Assembly: GCA_037189525.1 (NCBI GenBank)
Contig: JBBCJC010000013.1
Span: forward strand, 1-59,988
Direction: 5' to 3'
Origin: Gemmatimonadales bacterium
Lineage (GTDB): Bacteria > Gemmatimonadota > Gemmatimonadetes > Gemmatimonadales > GWC2-71-9
DNA length: 59,988 bases
Position numbers and translations under genes: made by a program. Positions 1 through 15,700 of the stretch are shown piece after piece; within the stretch, counting starts at the first letter, position 1; each line of letters begins with the position of its first letter. The notes under the pieces are model-generated. The model ran no database searches, was not told where the DNA came from, and worked only from the letters and a program-made list of their open reading frames with translations.

Positions 1-3000
1 TCCCCGCATGCGCGGGGAACGCGGAAACGCCCTCGAGCCGAGCACGGCGCCGGCCGGTTCATCCCCGCATGCGCGGGGAACGCCACAAGAGTCGCGGCGG
101 CATTTCGGGACCTCCCGGTTCATCCCCGCATGCGCGGGGAACGCGCACGATGTCGTCGGCTGGTGTCTATCGCGCTCGGTTCATCCCCGCATGCGCGGGG
201 AACGCTCAGCCATCTCCGCCTCGGACGGCGCGGGGTCCGGTTCATCCCCGCATGCGCGGGGAACGCACGGGGTTACGCTCCAATCAGGTAGAGGTAATCG
301 GTTCATCCCCGCATGCGCGGGGAACGCCTTTGAGGTCAACTCCCGTCCGGCCCGAATTGCGGTTCATCCCCGCATGCGCGGGGAACGCCGCGTGCGCGAG
401 GTCCCCGCTGAGGGGGGACGCGGTTCATCCCCGCATGCGCGGGGAACGCCCGGTGTTACGATCTCGACCGTGATCCGCCGCCGGTTCATCCCCGCATGCG
501 CGGGGAACGCGGCCGCCACCCTCCTCGCCAGCGGATCACGCCCGGTTCATCCCCGCATGCGCGGGGAACGCGCGTTGCGCACCGTCGCGCTCATTTTGAT
601 TGCCGGTTCATCCCCGCATGCGCGGGGAACGCGGCGTACTGGCTCGCGCGGATGTTGGCGACTGCGGTTCATCCCCGCATGCGCGGGGAACGCTCGTTCC
701 GGTTGTCGGGGTGGCCGAGATCGACCGGTTCATCCCCGCATGCGCGGGGAACGCACCTTCAAATCTCCGCGCGCAACTTCGTAGGCCGGTTCATCCCCGC
801 ATGCGCGGGGAACGCGTCTCGATCACCATGTACCGGGGTGCCGCCAGCGGTTCATCCCCGCATGCGCGGGGAACGCCGGGTGCGCACGGTCCGCCGCCGT
901 TCGAAAGTCGGTTCATCCCCGCATGCGCGGGGAACGCGAATTGGCCGGCCCCTGTACCGATTACCACGGCGGTTCATCCCCGCATGCGCGGGGAACGCTG
1001 CCGCCACCTCGAGCGCGGCCACCGCGGCCCCGGTTCATCCCCGCATGCGCGGGGAACGCGATCGGGACGGCGTTGCAGGATTATGCGGTCGCGGTTCATC
1101 CCCGCATGCGCGGGGAACGCCCGATATCGGCACATTTTGCGCACCGACCGTCCGGTTCATCCCCGCATGCGCGGGGAACGCCCAGGTTGGCCATCGGCTC
1201 TGGGTTCGGGAGTCGGTTCATCCCCGCATGCGCGGGGAACGCGAGGCCCGACTGCTGCAGGAACTCCTCGACCTCGGTTCATCCCCGCATGCGCGGGGAA
1301 CGCCCGTCCACATGAGTGATATTGATCAGGTGTGGCGGTTCATCCCCGCATGCGCGGGGAACGCTGACGCGGCAGGGCGGGTGCATTTAGACGCTGCCGG
1401 TTCATCCCCGCATGCGCGGGGAACGCCGCAATTGGGTCGAATTGTACAACGGGTTTTCCGGTTCATCCCCGCATGCGCGGGGAACGCGAAAACTCTGAAG
1501 GAGGGATGACCGATGCGCGCTCGGTTCATCCCCGCATGCGCGGGGAACGCCTCCTCCGCCGAGCCCTCAAGGTGCGGCGGGCCGGTTCATCCCCGCATGC
1601 GCGGGGAACGCGAGCTAGAGCGAGCGGTCGATCGACTGGAAGCCGGTTCATCCCCGCATGCGCGGGGAACGCGCGGTAGAGGACCGATTCGAGCCCGAAC
1701 CGGACGGTTCATCCCCGCATGCGCGGGGAACGCGTGCTACCAGCTACACTAACCCCTAGTACTGCCGGTTCATCCCCGCATGCGCGGGGAACGCGCGGTA
1801 ATAGCAGGGCGGGCAATGATCAAACACGGTTCATCCCCGCATGCGCGGGGAACGCAGCAACGCTCGTAGGGTGGCGAGTGACGACGGCGGTTCATCCCCG
1901 CATGCGCGGGGAACGCAAGCGATTATACAGCTGAATACAGCATTTAGCCGGTTCATCCCCGCATGCGCGGGGAACGCACCCCGGCCGACAACGCGCTCGA
2001 GTCTGCCCGCGGTTCATCCCCGCATGCGCGGGGAACGCTCCCGGATTCGTGCCGGTAGGGGATACGCCCCCGGTTCATCCCCGCATGCGCGGGGAACGCA
2101 CCGGACGATTGATTGGCCCACGTCATGCGGCCGGTTCATCCCCGCATGCGCGGGGAACGCGTGTGCGCCGTCGTCGCCGTTGTCGGATGCCTCGGTTCAT
2201 CCCCGCATGCGCGGGGAACGCTGGTCGTTCGGACAGTGGATTGACCAGCAGGTCGGTTCATCCCCGCATGCGCGGGGAACGCGCCTTGCGTCGGAACGAA
2301 TGGAACGCCCGGCCCGGTTCATCCCCGCATGCGCGGGGAACGCGAGCCCAAGTAGGGCGGACGCGGATTGGATCGCGGTTCATCCCCGCATGCGCGGGGA
2401 ACGCGCCGATCGCGACGGAGCAGACCTGGCGGATCACGGTTCATCCCCGCATGCGCGGGGAACGCCACGACTCGATCAGGTGCGCGGCGGCCGTCGTCGG
2501 TTCATCCCCGCATGCGCGGGGAACGCTCCGACGCGCAACGCGCCGCCGATGCCGAGACCGGTTCATCCCCGCATGCGCGGGGAACGCTCCCTGGCCGAAC
2601 AGCAGGACCTCGTGGTCGACGGTTCATCCCCGCATGCGCGGGGAACGCGTGCTCGGTCGCCCTCGAGCGCAGGCCGAATACGGTTCATCCCCGCATGCGC
2701 GGGGAACGCGGATTCCCGATGACGTTCCCGGTTCCCTGCACCGGTTCATCCCCGCATGCGCGGGGAACGCCCTCGCCCTCGGTGGTGCCGATGTGTTCCA
2801 GGCGGTTCATCCCCGCATGCGCGGGGAACGCCTCGATCGGGGACGTATAATAGAGTTTGCCGGCGGTTCATCCCCGCATGCGCGGGGAACGCTACGACCA
2901 CTACCTCAAAGGGGAATGGGACGACGGTTCATCCCCGCATGCGCGGGGAACGCCTCGGTCTGGAATACCGGACTGACCGGCGTTCCGGTTCATCCCCGCA

Positions 3001-3319
3001 TGCGCGGGGAACGCACGAGAAGCACTCGCAAATGATGCGCTGGCGGCGGTTCATCCCCGCATGCGCGGGGAACGCCACGATGATACCTGTGTGCCCTGCT
3101 GTCGCGCCGGTTCATCCCCGCATGCGCGGGGAACGCTCGAGGTGATCGATCCGAAGCAGGTGCTCGGTCGGTTCATCCCCGCATGCGCGGGGAACGCCGG
3201 CCGATCTCCCATCGGGGTCGGCGTCGGAGCGGTTCATCCCCGCATGCGCGGGGAACGCATGCCTAGAATTTGGCGTAATGCGGTGACGATCGGTTCATCC
3301 CCGCATGCGCGGGGAACGC
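1..3319 (-). CRISPR. Type I-E CRISPR array: 55 repeats (first cut by window edge) and 54 spacers; repeat GCGTTCCCCGCGCATGCGGGGATGAACCG on the minus strand
   Basis: 29-bp repeat (+ strand CGGTTCATCCCCGCATGCGCGGGGAACGC) at 61-bp period; spacers are 32 nt except 33 nt (1365-1397) and 34 nt (1488-1521); resembles the E. coli I-E repeat; last repeat 3291-3319 adjoins the leader and cas2. Confidence 0.99.
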
Positions 3320-3379
3320 TCTAAAATGTAATGGCAATAGTATCAACGAGTTAACGACTTCGCCGACCACCTACCAGCT
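3320..3379 (-). promoter_or_regulatory. CRISPR leader with IHF-binding site
   Basis: AT-rich gap between the cas2 stop and the first repeat, ending ...TTTTAGA on the minus strand; TATCAACGAGTTA (3341-3353) matches the IHF consensus WATCAANNNNTTR. Confidence 0.85.
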
Positions 3380-4604
<1,225 letters not shown>

Positions 4605-4608
4605 ACAC

Positions 4609-5299
4609 CTACCCTCGGCGTAACAGCATTAAGCCGCACCCGAACGCCTTCGCACGACCGAAGCCACTCGCTACCGCTCCAACGAAGACCTCCGGATCCG
4701 AGACTTGAAGCACACCCTCAAACTCCAAGACTCCGATCTTGAGTGGGGCACCTTTGTGCTCGATCCGCATGGTCTGATACGAGGTAACATCCACACCAGA
4801 AACGCTCGACGAGCCTCCGCCTAACCTGAAGCCGCTCTTTGCCCCTTGGCGGGCAAGCCATCCGAGTCCCGCTTCGCTGACCTTCGCGGTCCGTTGCTCA
4901 GCTCTCGTCCCAGACGGCACGTGATACAAAGCATCCATGACGACGTCGCACGGTTTCCCTCGTTTATCCGGCCCTCCCCCACGTGCAACCGTGGCATTCG
5001 CGCGTAGCGAGAATGCCAACCGATCACCCACGGTGAGCGATGGGGCAAACTTTTTTGGCGGGTCAATCTCGAACATCTCATGCTGATCGTTCGGAGCCCG
5101 CCGCGACAGGGTATAGAACAAGCCCGGCTCGGCTTCACGCCACAGAAAGTCTCGGCTACGATCAGCTGTATCAGCGAACAAGGTCCAAAGCAACCGATGG
5201 GAGGCGCCAGCCCTCAGTTCGGTCGACGAAGGCACCAACAAACGCGCCAAAGCATGAATTGGCGCATCTCTCCTAAGGCGTACTCGAGACAGATAGAGA

Positions 5300-5310
<11 letters not shown>
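4609..5310 (-). CDS. cas6e: Cas6e (Cse3/CasE) crRNA-processing endoribonuclease
   Basis: N-terminal LYLSRVRL, HRLLWTLF, C-terminal Gly-rich GFGRAKAFGCGLM loop. Confidence 0.95.
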
Positions 5311-7711
<2,401 letters not shown>

Positions 7712-7715
<4 letters not shown>

Positions 7716-9424
7716 TTGGATACCGCCCTTCGTGGTTTGGAAGCCCGTCGCGGCGACTTCGGCGTGTCGGGAACGGCAAGACCCAATTCCGTATACAGCT
7801 TTGTGCCTACCTTCGTGCGCGGATGAAAAACACCAGATAAGCTATAACGCGCCTTGACGACTCGTCGCAGGGTCTCTGGATTGGTTGATTCGAGTGGACA
7901 CCACTGGTCGAAGATCGCCAGAGCAGCCTTCTGCAGGACATCGAGAAAGACACGACGCACGTCGAGCGCCCGTTCTTCGTCGGCTGACCCTTGAGCCAAA
8001 CCCTCCAATGCCGAGTAAAACGCACTCGACGTGTCCTCCCAAAACCCGCGCCGAATACTCGAGAAGTCGCCTCCGGCATTGTCGGAAGAAGAGAAAAGGC
8101 CTGCCTTGATGTTTCCGACGAGCATGCCAACCACAAGTTCGGCAGCACCGGTCAATGAAGTCGCCGTGGTGAGGAGGATCCGTCGCAACTGGGGATCGGT
8201 GGTGACAAAAACAGGCATGGTTGCACCCAACCAACTCCGGCACTTCATATTATCGAAGTCAACACCAAAGGTTCGAAGCGAAGCTTTGCTGATCCGAAGT
8301 GCCGGCCCACGCACTTGAGAGAAATGACTGACCACCTGCGCCGGCTCGTATCCCTGCTCCGCCTCACCTACCGTAAGTCCGACCCAATCATTCCAGGCAA
8401 GGCCGTCCGGCTGAGGATGGACAGGGAGCAACTCCGCCGCTGACTTGGATCGGTAGTACGGAGACAGCGGATGACGCCACGCTGAGTACTCTACCCCAAA
8501 ATTCCTAGTCCGATACCCGACAACGGTTCGATCATACTCGATCCCAGTAAGATCACAGACCCCTGGCCCTCCAAACTCGAGGCGAATCCGACGCGGAACC
8601 CCGAAGTAGACCTGCAGCTGATGGGCATCGACTGGAGTTGTTGCTCGCCCCCCGTCTTTGGGGTTGGATGTTCGGGTGGCGCCGAGCCAGGGGAACAGAT
8701 CCTCCGCGCCCACCTCCGACTCCCTTCGGGGCCGTTCCCGCCATTGCGCCACAGTTTCTACGTTAGCCCACAACAACCGCCAAAGGGATTGCGACTTCGG
8801 ACCATCCCCCGCTCCATCACTTGAGCGGGGATCAACAAGTGTCGTGAGAGGGCCGCCACCTCTCATCGAAGTGCGGTGACCTTGTCCACCGGAAGGGGCA
8901 TATCCCTGCATAGCTAACAGACACATGGCAGCAGCGGGATAACCGAATACGCTACCACGACCCCGCTTCACAAATAAGTCACGGTTCAGCTTGGTAGTCT
9001 GCTCGCCTGGAGTATCGAACAACAATCGATCAATCGAATTGACTTCAGCCTCAGCGAAATCCCGCACCACAAAATCCTGCATGAAACGGGGGCCATCGCC
9101 ATCGAGAACGAAAGCATCGGGCAGCGCCGCGAGAGCTCGATTCAGAGCGTCACTCGTTGGTGGCTTATCCCACAACTGCCGCCAGTGAGCTTCGTCCTTC
9201 GGCTGCAAGGACGCAGAGAGCAGGCCAATCAGAAACTCGAGAACCGCCCCTGTGAATTCGGGACGTGAAGCATTTATCGCAACGACAGGATCCTCACCCA
9301 AGTCATCGACGAGACTGGCAACGCTTCCCCATTCGACGCGACCGCTGAGCCTTCGAAAAGGAATCCACCGTTCTATACGCAAATCGTAGGTCAAACCCAC
9401 ACCTCGCAGATCAGTCGTAGACAA
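7712..9424 (-). CDS. cse1: Cas8e (Cse1/CasA) large subunit
   Basis: DLRIERWIP, FLIGLL, GPRFMQD, APSGGQGHRTSMRGGGPLTTLV, WRHPLSPY motifs. Confidence 0.95.
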
Positions 9425-9457
9425 TGGTTCTGGTTACAAGGTAGGGGCACAGCGCCC

Positions 9458-12199
9458 CTATTCTGCATGGCCTCCCCCCTTGAAGGCGAGCCCTTCACAC
9501 AACAAATAAGAGATCTCGACCCTCCGACGATCGACAATCAATCCACCCTTCCATCGATCAGACCCATCATTCACAAGGACAACTCCAGGTAAATCCTGTT
9601 CGAACTCCCCCCACATCGCACGCGCCTTCCTCATCGCTTGCATGGCCTCTGGTGGATCCTCCGACCGCGCCGGCACCCGCCAAGCAGAAACCCGAACTTC
9701 CGACAGCGCCCACGCCTTTCGGACATCCTGGTTGTCGAACCATGGCACCACTGCACCGTGATCATTCAACCGAGCCAGCCGGAGTACCGTCTGCTTCTTT
9801 CCGATCCGCGTCATGACCTGTAAGTCCGTCTCCCACGAACGCAGCGAACCGCCATAACCGTCCTCGAGCTTGAGAACCGCAAAAAGGGCGGTGGACATAT
9901 CCGCGTTCGCCTCGGAAAGCGCTTTCCAATCCCGATCCGCAAGCCCGTCTGGAATGTCTCGATATGCCGACTCGATAAGTTCCCGAACCACACCCGATGA
10001 TCGAATCTCCCCGTGATGAAGCAACAACCTGGCAGTCTGCCAAAGAACTCCATGCCGGAGGTAGACAGCACCAGTCCCCCTGAAATCACCGGAGATCCAT
10101 TGGTTCGTCGGCTCATCCACCGGGTCTGGCGAGACAACGACCATTTCGCACTCCATTCCCGGAGGACGATCGGCATTCCGCCTCGGGTGCCGCCACAGTC
10201 GGCCCGCACGCTGAATCAAGAGATCCATAGGGGCCAAGTCGCTCACCAGAAAATCGAAGTCGAGATCGAGGGACTGCTCAATAACCTGAGTGGCCACAAT
10301 GACCCGCCCAGCCCGCAACACCTGCGAAGCATCCGGGCCAAAGCAGCGCATCACCTCTCGCTCCCGAACTTGCCGATCGCCCTGAGCAAACCGGGCATGA
10401 AATACCAGCGGTTCGATACCGGCTTCTCTCAGCATTCGAGCAGCCGCCAAGCAGTCGTCCACCGTATTCCGGATCCATGCGACGGCCCCTCCGCTCGCCT
10501 GTGCCGCCAAGACCTCTTTCACCGCTGAAGTCGGCTCCCGCACCAGTCGGATCCGCACGCTCCGGCCCGATGCCGCCTCCGTCGCTTTCACCGGATCCTC
10601 AACGACGACGTCCGCCGTAATGACCGTCGCGAGCGGATAGGCTTCGCTCGACACCAGACTGGACACCGCCGGACCAAGCAGCCCCTGCGGACGCCCCCAC
10701 TCGGGATCGAAAGCACGACGCCAGGCCAGAGCAAGCTTACTTCGATCCTCATGTCGAAGGGTGGCAGATAAGACGATGGCGTGCCCTCCTAGCGCCGCGT
10801 GAAACTGCAAGAGCGTAGTAGCTTCGACTCCCATGTAGGCATCGTAGGCATGTACCTCGTCTAGCACGAGGACTTTGTCTGCTAAGCCAACCAACCGAAC
10901 CGAACTGAACTTGCTGGGATGAACAGCGAGGAACGCCTGATCCACCGTTCCCGCTCCGACATCGGCAAGGAGACTGGCGCGACGATCTGCCGCCAAGAAA
11001 GCTGCACACGCCGCAGTCGCCGTGAGTTCGTCATCATTGTTGCCATAAGAAAGCTCCTGCTGAGCCATTTTCGGCTCGAGGGCAAGCTCTCGAAAGGCAC
11101 CTTGCAACCATGCTTGACTGTGTGCTAAGGTGAGAGATGGCTGGCTGTCGTCGGCAAAAAGGGTTGAGATCGCTTTGCCTTGCCGACCAAACATCGCATT
11201 GGCAGTCGCCTGGGTCGGCATTCCCCAGTAGGCCCCGCTTGCTCGTCCAGCTGCCAGGAGACGGTGAACCAAAACCTGCGCCGCTTCCGTCTTACCAGCG
11301 CCAGTGACATCCTCGAGAAGGAACAATGTTGGCCCGTCCGGAATCGCAACCTCACTCGCCCACCGCTGGAGAGGGGTCGGGTTCTCCTTACCAGTAAGAC
11401 CCACAAACGACTTGAGGGCGGCCGGCGATGCCGCCACCAATCCCGCTTCTGCGACCTTACTCGCTGCACGCGCTTGAGCAACCGGCCAGTACTCCTCAAC
11501 CGGCAAAGGATCATGGTATTGGAACTGAGAGCCGATCCAATCAGCAAGAGTGATGAGACCCGCAACCCACCAACTGGCAATCCGAAGATCGCGTTCACCG
11601 AGTTCCTGCGGTATCGAGACCGGCCCCACCAAGGCCAGTAGATCGCGGACGCATGTTTCCGCAGCTAGTAGGCCCACTTCCCCAAAGGTCCAATTTACTG
11701 AGGCCGACGAACGAGAGGTTGGCTTCCCATGGTGCCCAAAAGAGGCCATGAGCAACGGAAGGAGCCCATGGAAGGTCGCAGGGAGGAGTTCCCCAACGAT
11801 TCGGTCGCTGAGATATTCCTCCCACAAAAGCAAGCCATCTTGGGTATGAGTAGATGGCGACAACTTCGAACGATCGAGTACCCCCAATTCGATCGGCCAG
11901 TACGCCGGTGCCTTGGCCTGAAAGAAACGAGCGAACTTACCGATGTCGTGAAGGAGGGCTAGTACAACCAGAAGACGAACCGCACTTTCCTCGTCCAACT
12001 GCAACAGACGAGCCGCCCTCGCACGCATTACGGGCCGAGCCTGAAGAATCGACTTCATTGCAGCGGCAACATCCAGCAAATGAAATGCAACCGGATGCCA
12101 TTGCGGGCCTTCGACCTCGAGAGGCCGCGCTTTGCCCCAATACATAAGGTACGACTGAAGACCCGACACTTCTGGCCCTTTCTCAAGGCTGTGTACCAA
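9458..12199 (-). CDS. cas3: Cas3 HD nuclease-helicase (start uncertain)
   Basis: YWGK..HLLDVAA, LHDIGK (HD), TGAGKTEAA (Walker A), LDEVHAYD, SAT, ATQVIEQSLDLD, QRAGRLWRH. Confidence 0.97.
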   Translation of the reverse strand: MVHSLEKGPEVSGLQSYLMYWGKARPLEVEGPQWHPVAFHLLDVAAAMKSILQARPVMRARAARLLQLDEESAVRLLVVLALLHDIGKFARFFQAKAPAYWPIELGVLDRSKLSPSTHTQDGLLLWEEYLSDRIVGELLPATFHGLLPLLMASFGHHGKPTSRSSASVNWTFGEVGLLAAETCVRDLLALVGPVSIPQELGERDLRIASWWVAGLITLADWIGSQFQYHDPLPVEEYWPVAQARAASKVAEAGLVAASPAALKSFVGLTGKENPTPLQRWASEVAIPDGPTLFLLEDVTGAGKTEAAQVLVHRLLAAGRASGAYWGMPTQATANAMFGRQGKAISTLFADDSQPSLTLAHSQAWLQGAFRELALEPKMAQQELSYGNNDDELTATAACAAFLAADRRASLLADVGAGTVDQAFLAVHPSKFSSVRLVGLADKVLVLDEVHAYDAYMGVEATTLLQFHAALGGHAIVLSATLRHEDRSKLALAWRRAFDPEWGRPQGLLGPAVSSLVSSEAYPLATVITADVVVEDPVKATEAASGRSVRIRLVREPTSAVKEVLAAQASGGAVAWIRNTVDDCLAAARMLREAGIEPLVFHARFAQGDRQVREREVMRCFGPDASQVLRAGRVIVATQVIEQSLDLDFDFLVSDLAPMDLLIQRAGRLWRHPRRNADRPPGMECEMVVVSPDPVDEPTNQWISGDFRGTGAVYLRHGVLWQTARLLLHHGEIRSSGVVRELIESAYRDIPDGLADRDWKALSEANADMSTALFAVLKLEDGYGGSLRSWETDLQVMTRIGKKQTVLRLARLNDHGAVVPWFDNQDVRKAWALSEVRVSAWRVPARSEDPPEAMQAMRKARAMWGEFEQDLPGVVLVNDGSDRWKGGLIVDRRRVEISYLLCEGLAFKGGGHAE

Positions 12200-12766
12200 T
12201 ATCGACCTCTTCTCGGCCAGTTCAAGTTAGGAAAAAACCTTGCTTTCCCCGACAATAAACCGAAACAATCAGTGGAACTGGGTCAGATCATCGTCGCGCT
12301 CGATCGACCGCTCCGTTTCCATTGAGGATCGACGGACTCGTTGCGGGCACACCTAGCAAGGAGGACGGCATGGTGCGGCTGCCGCAAATAACGAATGGAT
12401 GCCGACCATGCGCGGCGACGCTGACCCACTCGCCAGCTTACAAAGCTGGGCTTCGAGTCGGCGGCGGCGAGTCGCCCCTCAGGAACAGCGCACCGTCACT
12501 CTGCTCCCCGATCGCCTGAGCCCTCGCCAGAAGACGAGTGATCCTCACCTTAACTGGCGCGACTGATACACCGAGGCTGTAGATGCTAAGCCTGAACTCG
12601 TCTAGACAGTATGACACCACCCAGCTCCTAGCAGACCTCGCCGGGGCATCGAACGACGAGAACTGAGCGCGGGCGCTCTCTTGCACTCCGGAGAATTGTC
12701 GACAGAATTGTACTCCGACCATCACTTTTGCCCCGTAGGGCACCCTTCCGCCTGGAACATCAACCG

Positions 12767-15700
12767 ATGACGATCAGAGCGTTGCTCACCTCCATCGCAC
12801 TCACCCTTGCGGTGACCTCGAACGTCGGAGCCCAGGCCCCCGCCGACACCGGATGGGACGTCACCAAGCCACGCGGCCAAACCCGCACCGTCGACTTCAC
12901 CGTCTCGGAAGGCACTTGGACCTCGGTCGACGTTTCTCCGGACCGGCAATGGCTGGTCTTCGATCTGATCGGCAGCATCTATCGACTGCCCGCGGCCGGC
13001 GGCACGGCGGAGAACCTGACCGCCGCCAGCGGCATCGCGGTCAACTCGCATCCGCGGATCTCACCAGACGGCAAGACAATCGCGTTCATCTCCGACCGCG
13101 GCGGACAGGCCAACCTCTGGATCATGGACGCCGACGGCCGGAATCCGCGCGCCGCTGCCGTCGATCCGACATCGACAATGCGCTCGCCGGTCTGGACCGC
13201 CGACGGCCAGTACCTGATCGTCGTCAAATCGCCGAATCTCTTCGGCCGCTCACTCATGATGTACCATCGGAATGGCGGCCGCGGCATCGAACTGGTCAAG
13301 GGCGACATCGGACGCGCCCCGTCCCGCCCGGTCATCTCGGCCGACGGCCGATATCTCTACTACGACGTCTACACCGCGCAACCAACCGGCTTCTGGGGCC
13401 AGGACGACGCGCTCAAGGGCGCCGTTCAGATTCATCGCTATGACATGAGAACCGGTGAGGTGCGCCCGATCACTGCGGGTCAGTCCGGCCAGCAGGATCG
13501 CGGTACCAGCGGCGGCGCCTATGCCGCAGAACCCAGCCCCGACGGGCGCTACCTGGCCTTCATCCGCAAAGTCCCCGGCGGCACCCTCGAATACAAAGGT
13601 CAGCGCTTCGGACCCCGCTCGGCGCTCTGGATTCGCGATCTCCAGTCCGGCAGTGAACGCCTGGCAATGGATCCCGTCGAGATGGACCTCGCCGAGGAGA
13701 GTATTCCCGTCAACGGAACCTATCCCGGCTACCGTTGGACCGCCGACAACCACATCGTGATCCACCAGGGCGGCAAGATCCGCAAGCTGGACGTGGCGAG
13801 TGGCCAGGTGAGCACGATTCCGTTCACCGCGCGCGTCCAGCGCACCATGTCGGAACAGATCTGGGTCAAGAACAAGTTGTCGGATGGCGCCTTCGACGTT
13901 CGCTTCATCCGCTGGGCCAGCGCATCGCCCGACGGCAAGCGCCTCGCCTTCCAGGCGCTCGGGCGGATCCACCTTATGGACCTGCCGGGCGGCGCCCCCC
14001 GTCGCCTAACGCCCGCCGACTTCCAGCCGCTCGAGTTCCAGCCTGCCTGGTCTCCCGACGGGCAGTCGATTGCCTTCACGACGGTAGACGACGCCAACCG
14101 CGGCGGGCTCTGGCGCATCGCGGCAAGCGGCGGCGCGCCGCAACGCCTCACCGCCGACGCCGGCGAGTACCTCAATCCCGCCTGGACTCCGGACGGGGGC
14201 GAGATCATCGTGGCTCGCGGATCCGGCGCCACGGCACGCGCGTCGACCCTGGGACGCAACCCGTACTTCGATCTGATCCGGATCAGTGCGCAAGGAGGCG
14301 CGGAAACCGACATCGTGCAGGTCGCCGGCTCAGGTGCGCAGCTGCGGGCGACCGTGGGCAGCGACGGTCGGGTATTCTACGCCATCTCCAAGGGATTCGG
14401 CGCGGACGGCTTCGGCGTCGAGGTCGCCTCGATCCGAATGGACGGCACCGACCGACGGGTGCTCGCCAACGTGCGACACGCCGACGATGCGGCCGTCTCT
14501 CCGGACGGGCAGTGGGTTGCCTTCAAACAGGGCAGCAACATCTACCTTGCCCCGATTCCCGTGGGCGGCTCGGGCAACCAAACACCGCTGATCGCCAAGA
14601 CCGGCGGAACCTTCAACGCCAAGCCACTCACGACCACGGGCGGACTCCTGCCCCGCTGGCGCAATGCCACGACGCTCGACTACGCCAGCGCCGATCGGTT
14701 CTTTGCGCACAACACCAGCTCCGGACGCACCGACACGACGACGGTCAAGCTCTCCGCCAATCGCGCCGTGGCCGCCGGCACGGTCGCGCTGACCGGCGCC
14801 CGGATCATCACCCTCGACAAACAGCGGGTGATCGACCGCGGTACCGTGGTGGTGCGCAACGGACGGATCAGCTGCGTCGGAGACTGCCCCACCACCGGCG
14901 TGGACCGCGTCATCGACGTCGCCGGCAAAACCGTGATCCCGGGGTGGGTCGACACCCACGCCCATCACCATCGCGAACACATGGGGATGATGCCGCGCCA
15001 GAACTTCGAGAGCGCGATCTACCTGGCCTATGGCGTCACAACCACCAGCGATCCCTCGACCTCCTCCCTCGCGGCCTTCCCGACCGCCGAGATGATCGAG
15101 GCGGGCGTGATGGTCGGACCACGCGTCTTCAGCGTGTCGGAAGCGTTGACCAACGGCGATTCACCCGGCACCAACGACGTGACCAGTCGCGACGTCGCAC
15201 TCAACGAGATCCGGCGCCGGCAGTCGTGGGGCACGATCATGCTCAAGCAATACCTTCAGCCGACTCGACGCCAGCGCCAATGGGCGGTCGACGCCGCCCG
15301 GCAGCTGGGCATGCGCGCCACGGCCGAAGGCAGCGCGGACATGACCCACAAGATCGGCATGGTCATGGACGGCTACACCGGCGGCGAGCATGCTACCGTG
15401 CACGCGCCGCTCTATGCCGACCTGACGACCTTTTTTGGCAAGTCACGTTACGTCTACGCCCACACGCCACTGGTGAGCGGTTACGGGGCATGGAACGAGG
15501 AGTTCTTCTGGCAGGAGAGCCCCATCTGGCTCGACCCGAAGCAGCAGAAGTGGGTCCCGTGGCGCCAGTTGATTCCCCACACGCGGCGCTTCATCATGCG
15601 TCCGGAAACCGACTACTCGAAGGACATCATGGCGCAGCAGATCGCCGATGTCGTGGCCGCCGGCGGCTACTCGTCGGTCGGTTCGCACGGCCAGCAGGCG

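Noticed and set aside
1..3319. Spacers matching sequences elsewhere in this window
   Set aside because: None seen by eye; this was not exhaustive and needs BLASTn.
8..3324. Many ORFs with repeating VHPRMRGER / GSSPHARGT / RFIPACAGN peptides
   Set aside because: They are translations of the CRISPR repeat in three frames, not genes.
12200..12766. Intergenic region upstream of cas3 as a possible regulator, anti-CRISPR or mobile-element end
   Set aside because: Only short ORFs without recognisable motifs; no terminal repeats or tRNA seen.
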